A stretch of DNA of 64,000 bases from an uncultured bacterium. Lineage in GTDB: Bacteria > CSSED10-310 > CAZUFC01. Below are positions 29,707-41,400 of this stretch, piece after piece. Numbering within the stretch: position 1 is the first letter of the stretch; every line of letters begins with the position of its first letter. A model generated the notes under the pieces. It searched no databases. It saw only the letters and a program-made list of their open reading frames with translations, and was not told the DNA's origin. A program made the translations under genes and the position numbers. Location of the stretch: positions 85,773-149,772 of the forward strand of contig CAZUFC010000002.1 in NCBI GenBank assembly GCA_964619725.1. The letters run 5' to 3'.

Positions 29707-29808
29707 ATCATAAATTTCACGAATTGGCGTGTCAAGCATAAATTAATATTATTTTTTTTAAGGAGCAGGGACGTGATATTTGACACGTGCGCCATTTGCT
29801 TCTACATT
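29707..29808. promoter_or_regulatory. Back-to-back divergent sigma-70 promoters (ihfB and the SpoIVB-peptidase operon)
   Basis: Minus: TTGACA(29735-29730)-17-TATGAT(29712-29707). Plus: TTGACA(29780-29785)-17-TACATT(29803-29808). An AT-rich tract lies between them. Confidence 0.7.
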
Positions 29809-29871
29809 ACCAGAGGCTTTGAGAAGGTTTTCCGGGAAGCCCGGTTTTTTTAGGTATCAATTACAGAACCA

Positions 29872-31701
29872 ATGATCAGGAGACTCATCATAACAAAAAG
29901 CATAATTTCTTTAATACTTTTAATACTTTATTTTTCGATTTTTGCCGGCGGAGTGTCATCTGGGAGCCAGGGGGATTACATTTCCGTATCTGAGATTCAT
30001 TCGGGAATGACGGGTAAAATGAAAACGGTATTGGCGGGGACGGAGATATCGACGATATCTGTTGAGACTCTGGGAGTATTGCACAATCAGCGTCCCGGCC
30101 GGCATTTGATACTGGTAAAGTTAACGGGAGAGACGCCGGAGAGAACGGGAGTGGCATCGGGTATGAGCGGGAGTCCTGTGTACATAGGCGGCAGGTTGGT
30201 CGGCGCTTTGTCCTATGCGTTTCCCTACGCTAAAGAGCCGATAGGCGGCGTAACGCCCATTCATGAGATGTTCCGTCTTTTGGAGATGGAAAAAAGATTT
30301 GGGGATAGAGAATCAGGAGGGTTTAACGGATCAAATGGCGGTATTATGCGCTTTGATATGAAGGCAAAGCGATGTTTATTCAAGAAACCGGATTTTTTCA
30401 ACGACAATTTTTTAATAAGAAAAAGTCTTCTGGCGGTGCATGGATTCTCTTCTGTAATGACGTCGCACCTGGGAGCGTGGAAAGAGATACATGAATTCAC
30501 ATCCATTTCCGGGGCGGCGAAATCTGAGGCTCAGCGAGAAACGGGATGGCAGATGAAGCCTGGTGCAGCGATCAGTGCGGTATTAGTCGACGGGGATGCG
30601 AACATATCGGCAGCGGGTACGGTAACCTGGACGGACGGCGAGAGAATGCTGGCTTTCGGCCATTCCTTTTTTTCCGGGGGTCAGGTTGAATTGCCTTTTG
30701 CGGAATGTTACATCAGGGCAGTACTACCCAGCTATCGGTCATCCATGAAATTTGCCGATGCCGGTCCCCCTGCGGGCGTAATCAAGCAGGACCGGGATTC
30801 AGGGGCTATGGGCATACTGGGCGAAGAACCCTCCTGGTATGAACTGCACGTTGAGACTCATTTCGCTCAATCGTCGGACCTGAACCGCAATTATGATTTC
30901 AGGATAGCCAAATTTCCCTCCATGGCTCCTTTTCTGGCGCTTTCGGTATTGACGGACGTCCTGTCGTCTGAGGTGCAGAATTCGGGGAATTTTCATACGA
31001 CAGCGGAAATCACGGCTGAATTCCCGGAGGAAGCGGAGCCGATAAAAGCGACGAGTTTCGGAGGAAGGACCGGCGGCGCTTTTCAAAATGCCTTCAATAT
31101 TCTTTTTCCCTTGATAAATCTTCATAATGCCGCTTCCGGAAAACTTTTCCCTGAGCGACTGAACATTTCACTCAATATACATTTTGATCATGGGCATTAC
31201 GAACTTACCGGGTTAGACATGAAACGAGTTCGCATATCCCGTGACGAGGAGAAAACGTCGTTCGTCGTAAGGGCGCGTCGAGAAAACGGCGAAATGACAT
31301 CGCGGAGAATCAACATGAAAATTCCAGCGGACAGGTGCCCGGAGAAAGTGATATTGAAGGTCTGCGGATTCCAGGAATACAGAAACTGGGAGACGCGCGG
31401 GCGGGAGCTGAGCGGCCAGTCTCTGCTGGACTGGTTCAGGATGAACGTCAGCGATGAAGAGGACGTGAAGAATCTGTATTTGTTGCTGATATCGCCGGGA
31501 TCGGGATTAAGCGTAAACGGCCGTCGTTATCCTCAGCCGCCTGCCTCATTTCGGAGTCTCATAATGAACAGGAACAATATCCCGCCGGCGGGACAGTTTC
31601 ATGGGAGCCTGATTCATAAGGAGAGGCGCATTTACGATCTTCCGGTTTTCGGTTCTCTTGAGACGGAGCTGACAGTGGACAGGCGCGCCAGGCAGAATTA
31701 G
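29872..31701 (+). CDS. SpoIVB peptidase S55 domain protein
   Basis: N-terminal signal/TM, GVASGMSGSPVYIGGRLVGALSY, VTPIHEM, AFGH. Confidence 0.85.
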   Translation: MIRRLIITKSIISLILLILYFSIFAGGVSSGSQGDYISVSEIHSGMTGKMKTVLAGTEISTISVETLGVLHNQRPGRHLILVKLTGETPERTGVASGMSGSPVYIGGRLVGALSYAFPYAKEPIGGVTPIHEMFRLLEMEKRFGDRESGGFNGSNGGIMRFDMKAKRCLFKKPDFFNDNFLIRKSLLAVHGFSSVMTSHLGAWKEIHEFTSISGAAKSEAQRETGWQMKPGAAISAVLVDGDANISAAGTVTWTDGERMLAFGHSFFSGGQVELPFAECYIRAVLPSYRSSMKFADAGPPAGVIKQDRDSGAMGILGEEPSWYELHVETHFAQSSDLNRNYDFRIAKFPSMAPFLALSVLTDVLSSEVQNSGNFHTTAEITAEFPEEAEPIKATSFGGRTGGAFQNAFNILFPLINLHNAASGKLFPERLNISLNIHFDHGHYELTGLDMKRVRISRDEEKTSFVVRARRENGEMTSRRINMKIPADRCPEKVILKVCGFQEYRNWETRGRELSGQSLLDWFRMNVSDEEDVKNLYLLLISPGSGLSVNGRRYPQPPASFRSLIMNRNNIPPAGQFHGSLIHKERRIYDLPVFGSLETELTVDRRARQN

Positions 31702-31712
31702 AGGGAGCAGCC

Positions 31713-33830
31713 ATGCGAACATCAAAAGAAATCATCGAGAAAAGCATTTTTGACATCGGAAAAAAGCGTATTTACAGGGCATGCCTTCCAGCCCTGCTTT
31801 TTATGGTTTCAGCCGTTCTCACGCATGCCGCCGGCGTTTTTGAAGCCGCATCTCAGCAGGAGTGGCTCAAAGGAAAAGCCGAAAACCTTTTCATAACCGG
31901 CGAGGGATACCTGGCGACCGCTCCTGCATGCGAGACCATGATGGAGTATGAGGAGGAGGAACTTATTTTATGCGGAGCGTCACGCCGGGGATATTTTTAT
32001 TTGGGAACGAGTCCGGACGGAAAAATTTACAAGGCGGATGAAAAAGGAAATTCGGAAATTTTTTTCGATTCTCCTGAACAGATGATATTAAGCCTTCATT
32101 ATGATGCGAAAGAGGACGTTTTTTACGCCGGAACATCTCCTGGCGGACTGATTTATAGAATAAACGCCAGAGGGATCGCTGAAACGTTCTGCCGCACGGA
32201 AAAACAATACGTCTGGGATTTGCTGAAAGATGAAAAGGAGAATCTGATCGCCGCGGTGGGAACTCCCGGCGATATCCTGAAGATAGACCGCGAGGGCAGA
32301 GCGGAAGCGTTGTATGAATCGCCGGCTGAGCATATAGTAAATTTGATTCGCCAGGGTGATGAGATTTATGCGGGAGCATCCGAACCTGCGCTGTTGATAA
32401 GGATAAATCGTGATGATTCCATTTCGACATTATATCAGACGAGTGAGCATGCCGAAGTTGGGCAGCTCGAATTTATCGGAGACATTTTATATTTTACGCT
32501 TATTAATTCTGCTCAGGATACGGATGCGAGTAATTTCCAGGGAAATGCGACATTAATGAAAGAGGTCGAACCGGACCTTTTTCTTCCCCTGGCTGAATTT
32601 GAACACAAAGTCGCCTACAGCCTGGAGCATCATGCGGGAGCGCTGTGGATCGGTGCGGGAGATGAAGGGGCCATTTACAGGGTCGATCCGGTTACAGGGG
32701 AGTTTGATCGATGGGGATCGGCTTTCGAGCGCCCCGCCACTTTGCTGCATTCGCTGAATTCCGGCTTATTCCTGGGAATATCGCAACCTGCGACGTTGTA
32801 TAAATTCACGAAAAAAATTTCTCCTGAAGGAAGCTGGACATCCGATCCGATGGATGCGACGCTTCCCGCAAGATGGGGGCATGTAAATTTTATCACGTTT
32901 GACGACCCTGACGTCCATTTTGAGGTCTCAACACGAACAGGATTCGTTTCCGAACCCGATGAGACCTGGAACGAATGGCGGGCTTTGAATAAGGATCAAA
33001 ACGTACAATCGGAGCCCGGCCGTTTTCTCCAGTTGAAAATCGAAACCTCCAAAGCCAAAAAGCCTGAACCGGTCATCTCCTCTTTTTCCGTAAACTACAG
33101 AATTCCCAACCGTGCTCCTAAAATAGAATCGGTCAAGGTATTCGCGCCGCAAATGGGCGTTTTTGAGAAAATGCCTCAACTGCCGACTAAACGATTCGCT
33201 CAAATGCTTCCGGACGGCGTAAGAATTGAGTATCAGTTTTTCGATCAGAATGCGGGAGGACTTTCCAAGGGAAGGTGGACTGCCGTCAAGGGCTACAGGA
33301 CGGTCAAATGGACGGCTGAAGACCCTGACCGGGACGAATTGCTCTACAAAATTGAATATAAATCGAAGCGGGACGCAACCTGGATACTTCTGGAAGAAAA
33401 ATGGGAAAATGATTATTACACGCTCGACACCTCGCCCCTGGCCGACGGCGATTACCAGATTCGCATTACCGCTGACGACGTAAAAAACAATACGCTGCAG
33501 GAATATAAAACCCACATGAAGCTGAGCGAAACGTTCATCGTCGATCACACCGCTCCTGAAATAACGGATTACAGTTTGAAAAAAAAGAACGATTCCGAAT
33601 GGATATTCAAGGCGAAGGCAACCGACGAACTGAGTCCCGTAACGGAAGCGGAAATATACCTGCCGGAGCTGGATTGGATAAAGGCGGAACCGGAAGATAA
33701 AATTTTGGATGAAAAACAGGAAACGTTCAAACTTGTCCTGCCGGCATTCCTGATGTCGAACCAACCCGCCGTTTCCTTCAAAGCCTCAGACGACCAGGAA
33801 AATTCGAAAATCATAAGAGTCGTTCCGTAA
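31713..33830 (+). CDS. Secreted beta-propeller + Ig/FN3-like protein
   Basis: Repeated (F/Y)xGTSPxGxIY(K/R) blades, then NRAPKI, WTAEDPDRDELLY, VDHTAP Ig-like segments; 11 bp downstream of the S55 gene. Confidence 0.75.
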   Translation: MRTSKEIIEKSIFDIGKKRIYRACLPALLFMVSAVLTHAAGVFEAASQQEWLKGKAENLFITGEGYLATAPACETMMEYEEEELILCGASRRGYFYLGTSPDGKIYKADEKGNSEIFFDSPEQMILSLHYDAKEDVFYAGTSPGGLIYRINARGIAETFCRTEKQYVWDLLKDEKENLIAAVGTPGDILKIDREGRAEALYESPAEHIVNLIRQGDEIYAGASEPALLIRINRDDSISTLYQTSEHAEVGQLEFIGDILYFTLINSAQDTDASNFQGNATLMKEVEPDLFLPLAEFEHKVAYSLEHHAGALWIGAGDEGAIYRVDPVTGEFDRWGSAFERPATLLHSLNSGLFLGISQPATLYKFTKKISPEGSWTSDPMDATLPARWGHVNFITFDDPDVHFEVSTRTGFVSEPDETWNEWRALNKDQNVQSEPGRFLQLKIETSKAKKPEPVISSFSVNYRIPNRAPKIESVKVFAPQMGVFEKMPQLPTKRFAQMLPDGVRIEYQFFDQNAGGLSKGRWTAVKGYRTVKWTAEDPDRDELLYKIEYKSKRDATWILLEEKWENDYYTLDTSPLADGDYQIRITADDVKNNTLQEYKTHMKLSETFIVDHTAPEITDYSLKKKNDSEWIFKAKATDELSPVTEAEIYLPELDWIKAEPEDKILDEKQETFKLVLPAFLMSNQPAVSFKASDDQENSKIIRVVP

Positions 33831-33879
33831 TGGTGTGGTCCGACGGTCAAGTCAAAGATCATTTCAGTTACTGATTCAG

Positions 33880-34458
33880 TTACAGATAGATATCAATGGA
33901 TTTCCCATCGACCTTTCCCCGTACGATCCATTCCTCGATGTTGTTGATGAAAAAGTCCAGGACTTCCGGATTGTCATGATTAAAATCCGGCAGACCCGCC
34001 AGTTTGCCCTTGATATCCCCTTTACCTCCCACATTGAACCAGTCTGGCGTAAATCGATCATAAGCCCCATAACCCGCATGATTCCCCACCATGTCCAAAA
34101 CAACCTTGATCCCTTTTGCCTTGCATTTATCCACAAAAACTCCAAACGTGTCGATGTCGCTTGATACAGGCAGAACACTGCCGTCCAGCAGGCGGCGGTC
34201 CATCCGTGTAAAATCCTGGGCCCAGTAGTAATGATAAGGCTCCGATTCCCCATATCTGTCGATATTCTCGTATGCAGGCGTCACCCAGACAGCGGTCACG
34301 CCGAGTTCCAGCAAATAGTCAAGTTTCTCAAGTATCCCATCCAGGGTCCCACCGTGGATGCTCCTATCCGATGTATCGACGAAACGTTTGTTACGTCCGA
34401 AAAAACGGTCCGTCACGATGAAATAAATGATGTCGTCCTGTGTGATCCGTTCGTTCAT
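33880..34458 (-). pseudogene. Truncated GH13 alpha-amylase-family gene (N-terminal half only)
   Basis: IYFIVTDRF, GGTLDGILEKLDYLLELGVTAVWVTP, VVLDMVGNH, LPDFN. Ends at VDGKSIDIYL* where the catalytic-Asp motif (DGxRxD) is expected. Confidence 0.8.
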
Positions 34459-34744
34459 TGTCTTCTCCTCTGCACCGTAAGATAAGCCTCCTTACGGCAG
34501 GTAAATGACCGTCGTTTTTTTGGGGAAACGATCGTCCCCGGTTTCCTCGGAATGCTCAAAAATAGAAACGTAATACAGCCATTTTCTCAATCCTATTTGA
34601 AAATCGTTTGAACCTTCTTTCAATATATCACTATACTAAACAGGAAACGGATTATTCAAGCTAAAGACGCAGGCAGAGCATTCCAGTCGCTTATGCCCGA
34701 ATTTCCCATGATGACCTGTTACGGGCACACATATCCCCGCTATA

Positions 34745-35400
34745 ATGGCGTCAGGTTCCTTCACCGTTGACTGAAGCGTAGAGGTAAGTCCGGAAAGTGA
34801 ATGGATAACCATAAATCCGGAGTATGGGACAATATTACCGGGTTACGATCCGAACGTAGAATGTACGTTTAATTTTTCAGGTCTGGCGCATGGATTTCAC
34901 ACCGGAACCATAACCGTGAATCACAATGCCGGCGTTCCGGTTGCTGTGCCCGTAACGGTAAACGTGCTGTATGGCGAAGACCCTTATGAACCTAACGACA
35001 CTCTTGATGAAGCAGCTCCTGTATCCTATTATGTTTTTATCAACGCTACGATTTCAACTGTCGGCGACGAAGATTATTTTCTTTTACCTGAGTATGCTTC
35101 AGGACGTGTAGTCGGAAAAGTCTATGAAACTCCGCTTGAGCCGGCTATCGTCTGGCGAAAGGAGGAGTGAGTGAAACCAGCGGTTGGGTGACTCCTGGAA
35201 GTTTTCCGAAGGTTATATTTGACGGAGATTTTGTCCATGATCCGGGTCTCTACAATCTGCGTTTCAGGAAAATTTACGGACAATCCTCCGTAAATTATTA
35301 CCGTTTTAAAATTGAGCGCTATCCGCCGACGCCTGCCCCGACGATGGCGGAATCAACAACGACTCCGACGCCCTCAATCACTCTTACAGCGGTATTCGGT
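34745..35400 (+). pseudogene. Decayed fragment of a secreted BACON + pre-peptidase-C (PPC)-type protein with Pro/Thr linker
   Basis: One frame reads MASGSFTVD*SVEVSPESEWITINP...TGTITV (TGA at a likely Trp), then DPYEPNDT...ISTVGDEDYF. It shifts frame near 35165 and ends in PPTPAPT...TPTPS. Confidence 0.65.
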
Positions 35401-35450
35401 TTTACAACTTTCTATTTTCTGCAGATTAAGATTCTATATTCCTTTCCTGA

Positions 35451-38400
35451 TCATGGTTCAGAGGATTTTTTCATTCTGTGCATTCCGACCAGGACGAATC
35501 CTGTGATAATAATGAGTATCAGATTGCCGATGGGTTGAGTTACCGGGATAACGACTGCTGTGGGCGTTTGCGTCTGCGATGGCGTGAAGGATGGTGTCGG
35601 CGAGAGAGTGGGTGAAGTTGTCGGCGTCGTCGTCGGGGAATTCGTTGCCGTTGCGGTCAATGTAACGGTCGGTGTATTGGTTGCGGTGGGAGACTGAGTG
35701 GGCGTTCTTGTCGGGGAGCAAGTCGGCGAATGCGTTACGGTCGGCGACAAAGTAACCGTAGGTGAAAGCGTTACAGTAGGCGAGAGCGTAACAGTCGGCG
35801 TCCTGGTGACAGTCGGTGAAAGCGTGGCTGTCGGCGACAGGGTGAATGTGGGAGTAACCGTAACCGTAGGGGACAAGGTCGGTGTGGAAGAAAGTGTCGG
35901 AGTCGGCGAGACCGTGGGGGTGTGACTCAGCGTCGGAGTGCACGTTATGGTGGGCGTGCTGGTTATGGTCGGAGTGGAGGTAACTGTGGGTGTGGCCGTT
36001 ACTGTCGGCGTCACCAGCTCGAAATCCTGATTGTAAAGTACATTGCCTTCCACTACCAATCCGTAGATGGTTGCAGGAACATAACCCGCTGCTCCTGCCG
36101 TGACACTGTAATTTCCGTTGGGCAGGCGGTATATCTCGTAATAACCGTACTCGTCTGAACCGTCGGGATCGGAATATCCGCCGCTTGCGGTAACGGATGC
36201 TCCCTGAATCGGATTCAACGTGCCGGCTTCCCTGACGTATCCTGTAATTCCGCCGCCGACCTGGAAGCTCCAGTTCCATCCAGGACAGTCGTAACAGTTT
36301 TCGTAATCGGGTGTCTCATGCGCTTCCACTGTCAATCTGATATTGGGAGCCCCTGAGGGAACCACCCAATACCAGGAGTAATATTCATCCGCGTTATGTT
36401 CCAGCGTCGTCACCCAGTCTTCTCCGGTCAAATGGGAATCGTATTCGGCAGTTTGAGTATTTCCGTCGGTGTCGATCTTCAAGGTATGGGTAACGTCGAA
36501 GCTGTAGAACGGATGAGGGTTCTCAACCCGCATCCTGATCTGCGCGGTTTCGCCGGGATAAAACACGTTTGTCGGCTGATCTTCGGTATTCAGTATTGTG
36601 ACTCCCTGAATGCGCGGCTTCAAATCGAAGGTATATCCCGCGCAGAACTGAGGTAAAGTCGGCGCTATGTCGTCTGCCTCATCCTGATCGTTGGCGCAGA
36701 TATACAGCGTTTCAGCCTCCATGATTATCACGGCCAGCGAGTTGGTCGAGACTACGTAATGCCCGCCGTTGAAGTGCTGAGTGTGAATTGAGAAGGTATT
36801 GGTCGCTGTTCCGCCCGGATTGATGTTCAGATATCCCGGATCGAATGCGAATCCGTACGTGCCGTCGGGTACGATGTCGTTCAATTCACCGATCAAGTGT
36901 CCGTTGATGAAGAGGTCGACGTAATGAGGCCGCACGCCCGAATGAGGTATGAAGGTGGTATAAATCACAGCATTGGCTATCTCTTCCATGCCTACTGAAA
37001 CGTCGAAATTCATATTAATCACGGGACGGTTCGTGCAGAACCAGTTTGCCATGGAGTAGCAGATCGAAGGTTCGGCCACCACGACTTCGAAGAGAGATCG
37101 AGGCGGATCGCAACTGAATGTCAGCGGCAGGATATCCTGTACACCCGCTGCTTCAGCCGCCAGGTCCCCTGAAATGAGCGGTTCGCCCGGCTGGAACAAA
37201 GGTTCTACTTCAAAATCGATATGCTGTCCCGTATCCAGACGATAATGTCCCACCTTGGGCAGGAAGATCACGCGACTCAAAAGACCGCCTTCGGCGTCCA
37301 CTGATACGTCTGTCAACTGATCTCCGTAATTGGTAACCCGGCAGGTTTTAACCAGGGTAACCGGGTCTTCGCTTTCTTCAGTCAGGAGGAAATCTATATT
37401 CGGCCATTGGACGCAGACGGTCGTCAAAGCCGTATCCGTAATGGGGTCACATTCCTCGTCTGCAGTCAACCAGAGCACAATATTAGAGAAGCAAATCTGA
37501 TCGGGTTTTTCTCCTTCTTCGCGACCGACGTCCTGAGCGTGTATGACCAGCTCCATATCCCTGGTTTCGCCTGCGGCGAGAACGACAGTTTCGTCTTCGC
37601 TGCCCGGACCGACGAAATTAACGATCAACTCGTCGTTGGGATTGTCGATGTGAAGCGAAACCGTGTGACTGATGACGTCTTCATTTTTGACTCCAACCCA
37701 GACATGCTGGTCGTAATCTCTTTCAACGGTGAACAGATAGGAATTCTGCGTAAAAACGACCCCGTTGCCCACCGTGAACATCCACATGGAGGACGTCACT
37801 GTTCCGCATTCTCCTATAACGTAGATGAACCAGTTGTAGTCGGCGTTTCTCTCCAGGTCCTGAAGCTCAACCTGGTGAGATGTCGTATCGGTTCCCGCGA
37901 CGGCTTCCATCCATACGCCGGCGCCGACTTTTCGATAATAGAGCATCGAATCCGCCGGAGCGCTGGTCTGCCAACTGAACATAACGTCTCGGCTGCCTGT
38001 GGTCGTGCCGTTAAAGGGATTCCGCTGTGAAATTTCCACTTCGGTATCCACCGTCAGCGCGCCCGTATCCGAATAATCTTCGAGCAATTGTTGTGAAGTC
38101 CCGGTAACTTCGAAGTCGTATGATCCGATGGTCAGACAGTCGTGAGGAACGGTAACAGTCAAAACAGCGTCGTCCGTCTCACCCGCGTTGAGAACCAGCG
38201 GATCAGGAGACAATTCAAACCAGGAACCGGGGATATCGCCGGTTACGAAGAAATCAAACGCATCGGGTCCCAGGTTGCCGTTGGCAACCCTTACCGTATA
38301 TTCAGTTTCTCCGCCCACATCGGTCGTTATGTGATACGGGATTACTTCCAGAGAAACCGCTCCTGGACAATACCGGATAGGAGCGTTCCTGGCGCCCGTA

Positions 38401-41400
38401 TTATTTGATTCGTTAGTTTCGGCAACAACGTCTTCAATATCCGCTACAGCCGAAATAACTGTATCGCAGGCCGCCGTCCAGGACTCTATTACGACAGCGT
38501 AATCGCCCGGATTCAAGGGTCCTGCGGTCTGATCAGCGCCGATCTGAACCGGTCCTGTACCGTCATCAGCGAAGAATCTGACGTCAAACTGCCCGCAAGC
38601 GGCGCCGCCGAAGTTGTGCACTGTTGCGCTAACTGTAGTATTTTCGCCTTCATTGGGATACTGCGGTTGAAATGCGATGTCCTGTATTCTTATGACCAGG
38701 TCCGGAGCGGGCGTCGGCGAACTTGTGGGCGTAGGGGTCGGGGTGTAGGTTCCCAAGGGTGTCGGCGTCGATGTGACGGTAGGGATCGGAGAAGGCGTCC
38801 GGGTGGGACTGCAGGTCGGAGTTACAGTTACTGTGGGGGTTGCGGTGAAGTGAGTCGGGGTCCTGGTCGGCGTTATGGTGAAAGTCGGCGATATCGTCGT
38901 CGTAGGCGACAGGGTAGGCGTCGGTGAAAGCGTCACGGTCGGCGTCAACGTTCCGGTTGAAGTCGGCGTCGGCGTGGCGCTCAATGTGGGCGTGGGGCTC
39001 AACGTAGGCGTCGCCGTTATCGTCGGAGAAGGCGATAAAGTCGGCGTGCTCGTCACTGTCGGCGTGGGCGTCGGCGTCGGCGTCACAAGCTCGAAATCCT
39101 GGTTGACCAGTATTTCACTCAATACTTCAAGACCTGTCAATGTCTGGGGCACAAACCCCTCAGCGCCGGCAGTCACGTCGTAAGTTCCGTTCGGGAGCCT
39201 TTTAATCTCATAGTAACCGTTCGCATCAGAACCGTCAGGATCGGAATATCCTCCCGAAGCCGTCACAGAAGCGCCTTCTATCGGGTCCAATGTTCCCGCT
39301 GATCTTACGAAACCTGTTATGCCTCCGCCTACATCGAAGCCCCAATTCCATCCGGGACAGTGATAACAATTGCCGTAATCGGCTGTTTCATGAGCTTCTA
39401 CCGTCAGAGTTATCTCGGGACTGCCCGAAGGAACCTGCCAGTTCCAGTCGTGAGTCGAATCCGAATTATGAGCCAGGACTGTAATCCAGTCTTCCCCTGC
39501 CGTATGGCTGTCGTACTCGGCGGAGCCTGTATCGCCGTCCGTGTCTATCTTTAACGTGTAAGTCACATTGTAATTGTAGGACGGATGCGGATTCTCGCCC
39601 CGTACTCTTATCTTCGCAGTTTCTCCCGGATAGAAAACGGACGTCGGTTCTTCCGCATAATTCAATATCTCGACGGACTGCACCCGGGGCTCTATTTCCA
39701 GAGCATAGCCATCGCAGAACTGCGGAAGTGTCGGCCCAACCGCATCAGCTTCCGCCTGGTTCTCCGCACACACGTATACTTTGGCCGTTTTCATACTCAA
39801 CACCGTCATTGCTTCCGTCGCTACGACGTAATGACCGCAGTTATGATTGTCCGTGTGAATCGAAAAGACATTGGCGGCAGTTCCTTCGGGACTGATGTTG
39901 AGAAATCCCGGATCGAATTCATAGCCGTAAGCGCCGTCGGGAACGATATTATCAAGCTCCCCGATCAGGTTGCCGTTGATGAGAAGGTCGACGTCATGCG
40001 GCGTTACATAGCCATAGGGTATGAACGTAACGTAAACGGCGGCCGATTCGATCTCATCCATTCCGACCGTCAAGTCGAAAGGCATCGAAATTTCCGAACG
40101 ATTCGTGCAGTACCAGTCAGCCATTGAATAACACATTTGCGGTTCCGTCACCGTCACTTCGTGGATTGAATTCGGCGCGGAACATTCGAAAGTCGTAAAA
40201 ACAGTATCCTCTTCTCCTGCCGCTTCCGCCTTCAGATGTCCCGAAAGAACCGTTTCGCCGGACTGGAACAGCGGTTCCGCATAAAATTCCAGGTAATCCT
40301 CCGAACCCAGCAGGTAATGATTGATGCGAGGAATGAAAAGAACCCTGCCCATCAATCCTCCAAAAGCGGTCACATCCAGGTCGGTCAAAGCATCTCCGTT
40401 GTTGGTTACGCGGCAAGTCTTGACCAGGGTATCGGGGTTCGACGATTCTTCACTCAGCACAAAGTCTACTTCAGGCCAGGCAACGCATACGGATGCTGCA
40501 GCCGAATCCGTCATGGGATCGCCTGCTTCAGTCGTCAGTGTGAGCATCAGATTCTCAAAGCACACTTCAGAAGGACTTCCTGCGCGCTTTTCAATATCCT
40601 GAGCATGAACGACCAGTTCTATATTTCTCGTCTCTCCCGCAGCCAGCACGACGGCGCCGTCCTCGCTGCCCGGACCCACGAAATTAATGATCAGCTCATC
40701 GTTCGGGTTGTCTACCGCCAGCGTCGCTTCATGACTTACAACGTCCAGATTCGTCACGGCAGTCCAGACATGCTGGTCGTAATCTCTCAATACATTGTAC
40801 AGATATACGTCCTGAGCGAAAACCACTCCATCGTCCACCGTAAAGTTCCACACTGTCGAAGTCTCAGAACCGCACATCGACTCAAACTCTATGTACCATT
40901 CATAGGTCGTGTTCCTGTCGAGCATCTCCAATTCTACCTGGTGTATGATCTGATCAACTCCTACAAGCTCGACCGTCCAGTCGCCAGCTCCCTGTTCGCG
41001 ATAATATACCCAGGAATCGCCCGGAGCGGACGATCGCCAGCTCAGCATCACGTTCCGGCTGCCCGTAATGGTCCCGTCTTCCGGCAGCCTTTGACTTACC
41101 GTCACGGATTCTCTCACCGTTAACTGAGCGGCATCCGAGTAGTCTTCACCCAACTGCTGAGACGTTCCGGTCACGTCAAAGGGATACGTGCCTATCGTCA
41201 GACAATCCGCGGGCACATTAACCGTCATAGTGGATTGACCCGTTTCTCCGGCGTTTAATACGAGAGGATCGGGAGATATCAGATACCAGGATGAAGACAG
41301 CGATCCCGTCACTTCAAAATCAAACGAATCCGCTCCAAGATTCCCGTTTTTCACCTCTATGACGTATTCAGCGACGCCGCCTACGTCCGTTTCCCCATAC

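Noticed and set aside
32928-33764. 278-aa minus-strand ORF and other long antisense ORFs (e.g. 40236..41123, 46731..47378, 37407..38030)
   Set aside because: They lie wholly opposite well-supported genes, have no motifs, and are expected shadows of codon bias.
34772-34774. In-frame TGA at a likely Trp position as evidence of genetic-code reassignment or selenocysteine
   Set aside because: Intact genes here use TGA as a stop (ihfB, hslU, dapB) and TGG for Trp; the same fragment also has a frameshift, so decay is the simpler explanation.
35458-36279. 273-aa His/Asp-rich alternative-frame ORF and Val/Gly-rich antisense ORFs
   Set aside because: They are frame-shifted or antisense readings of the Pro/Thr linker repeats of the giant gene.
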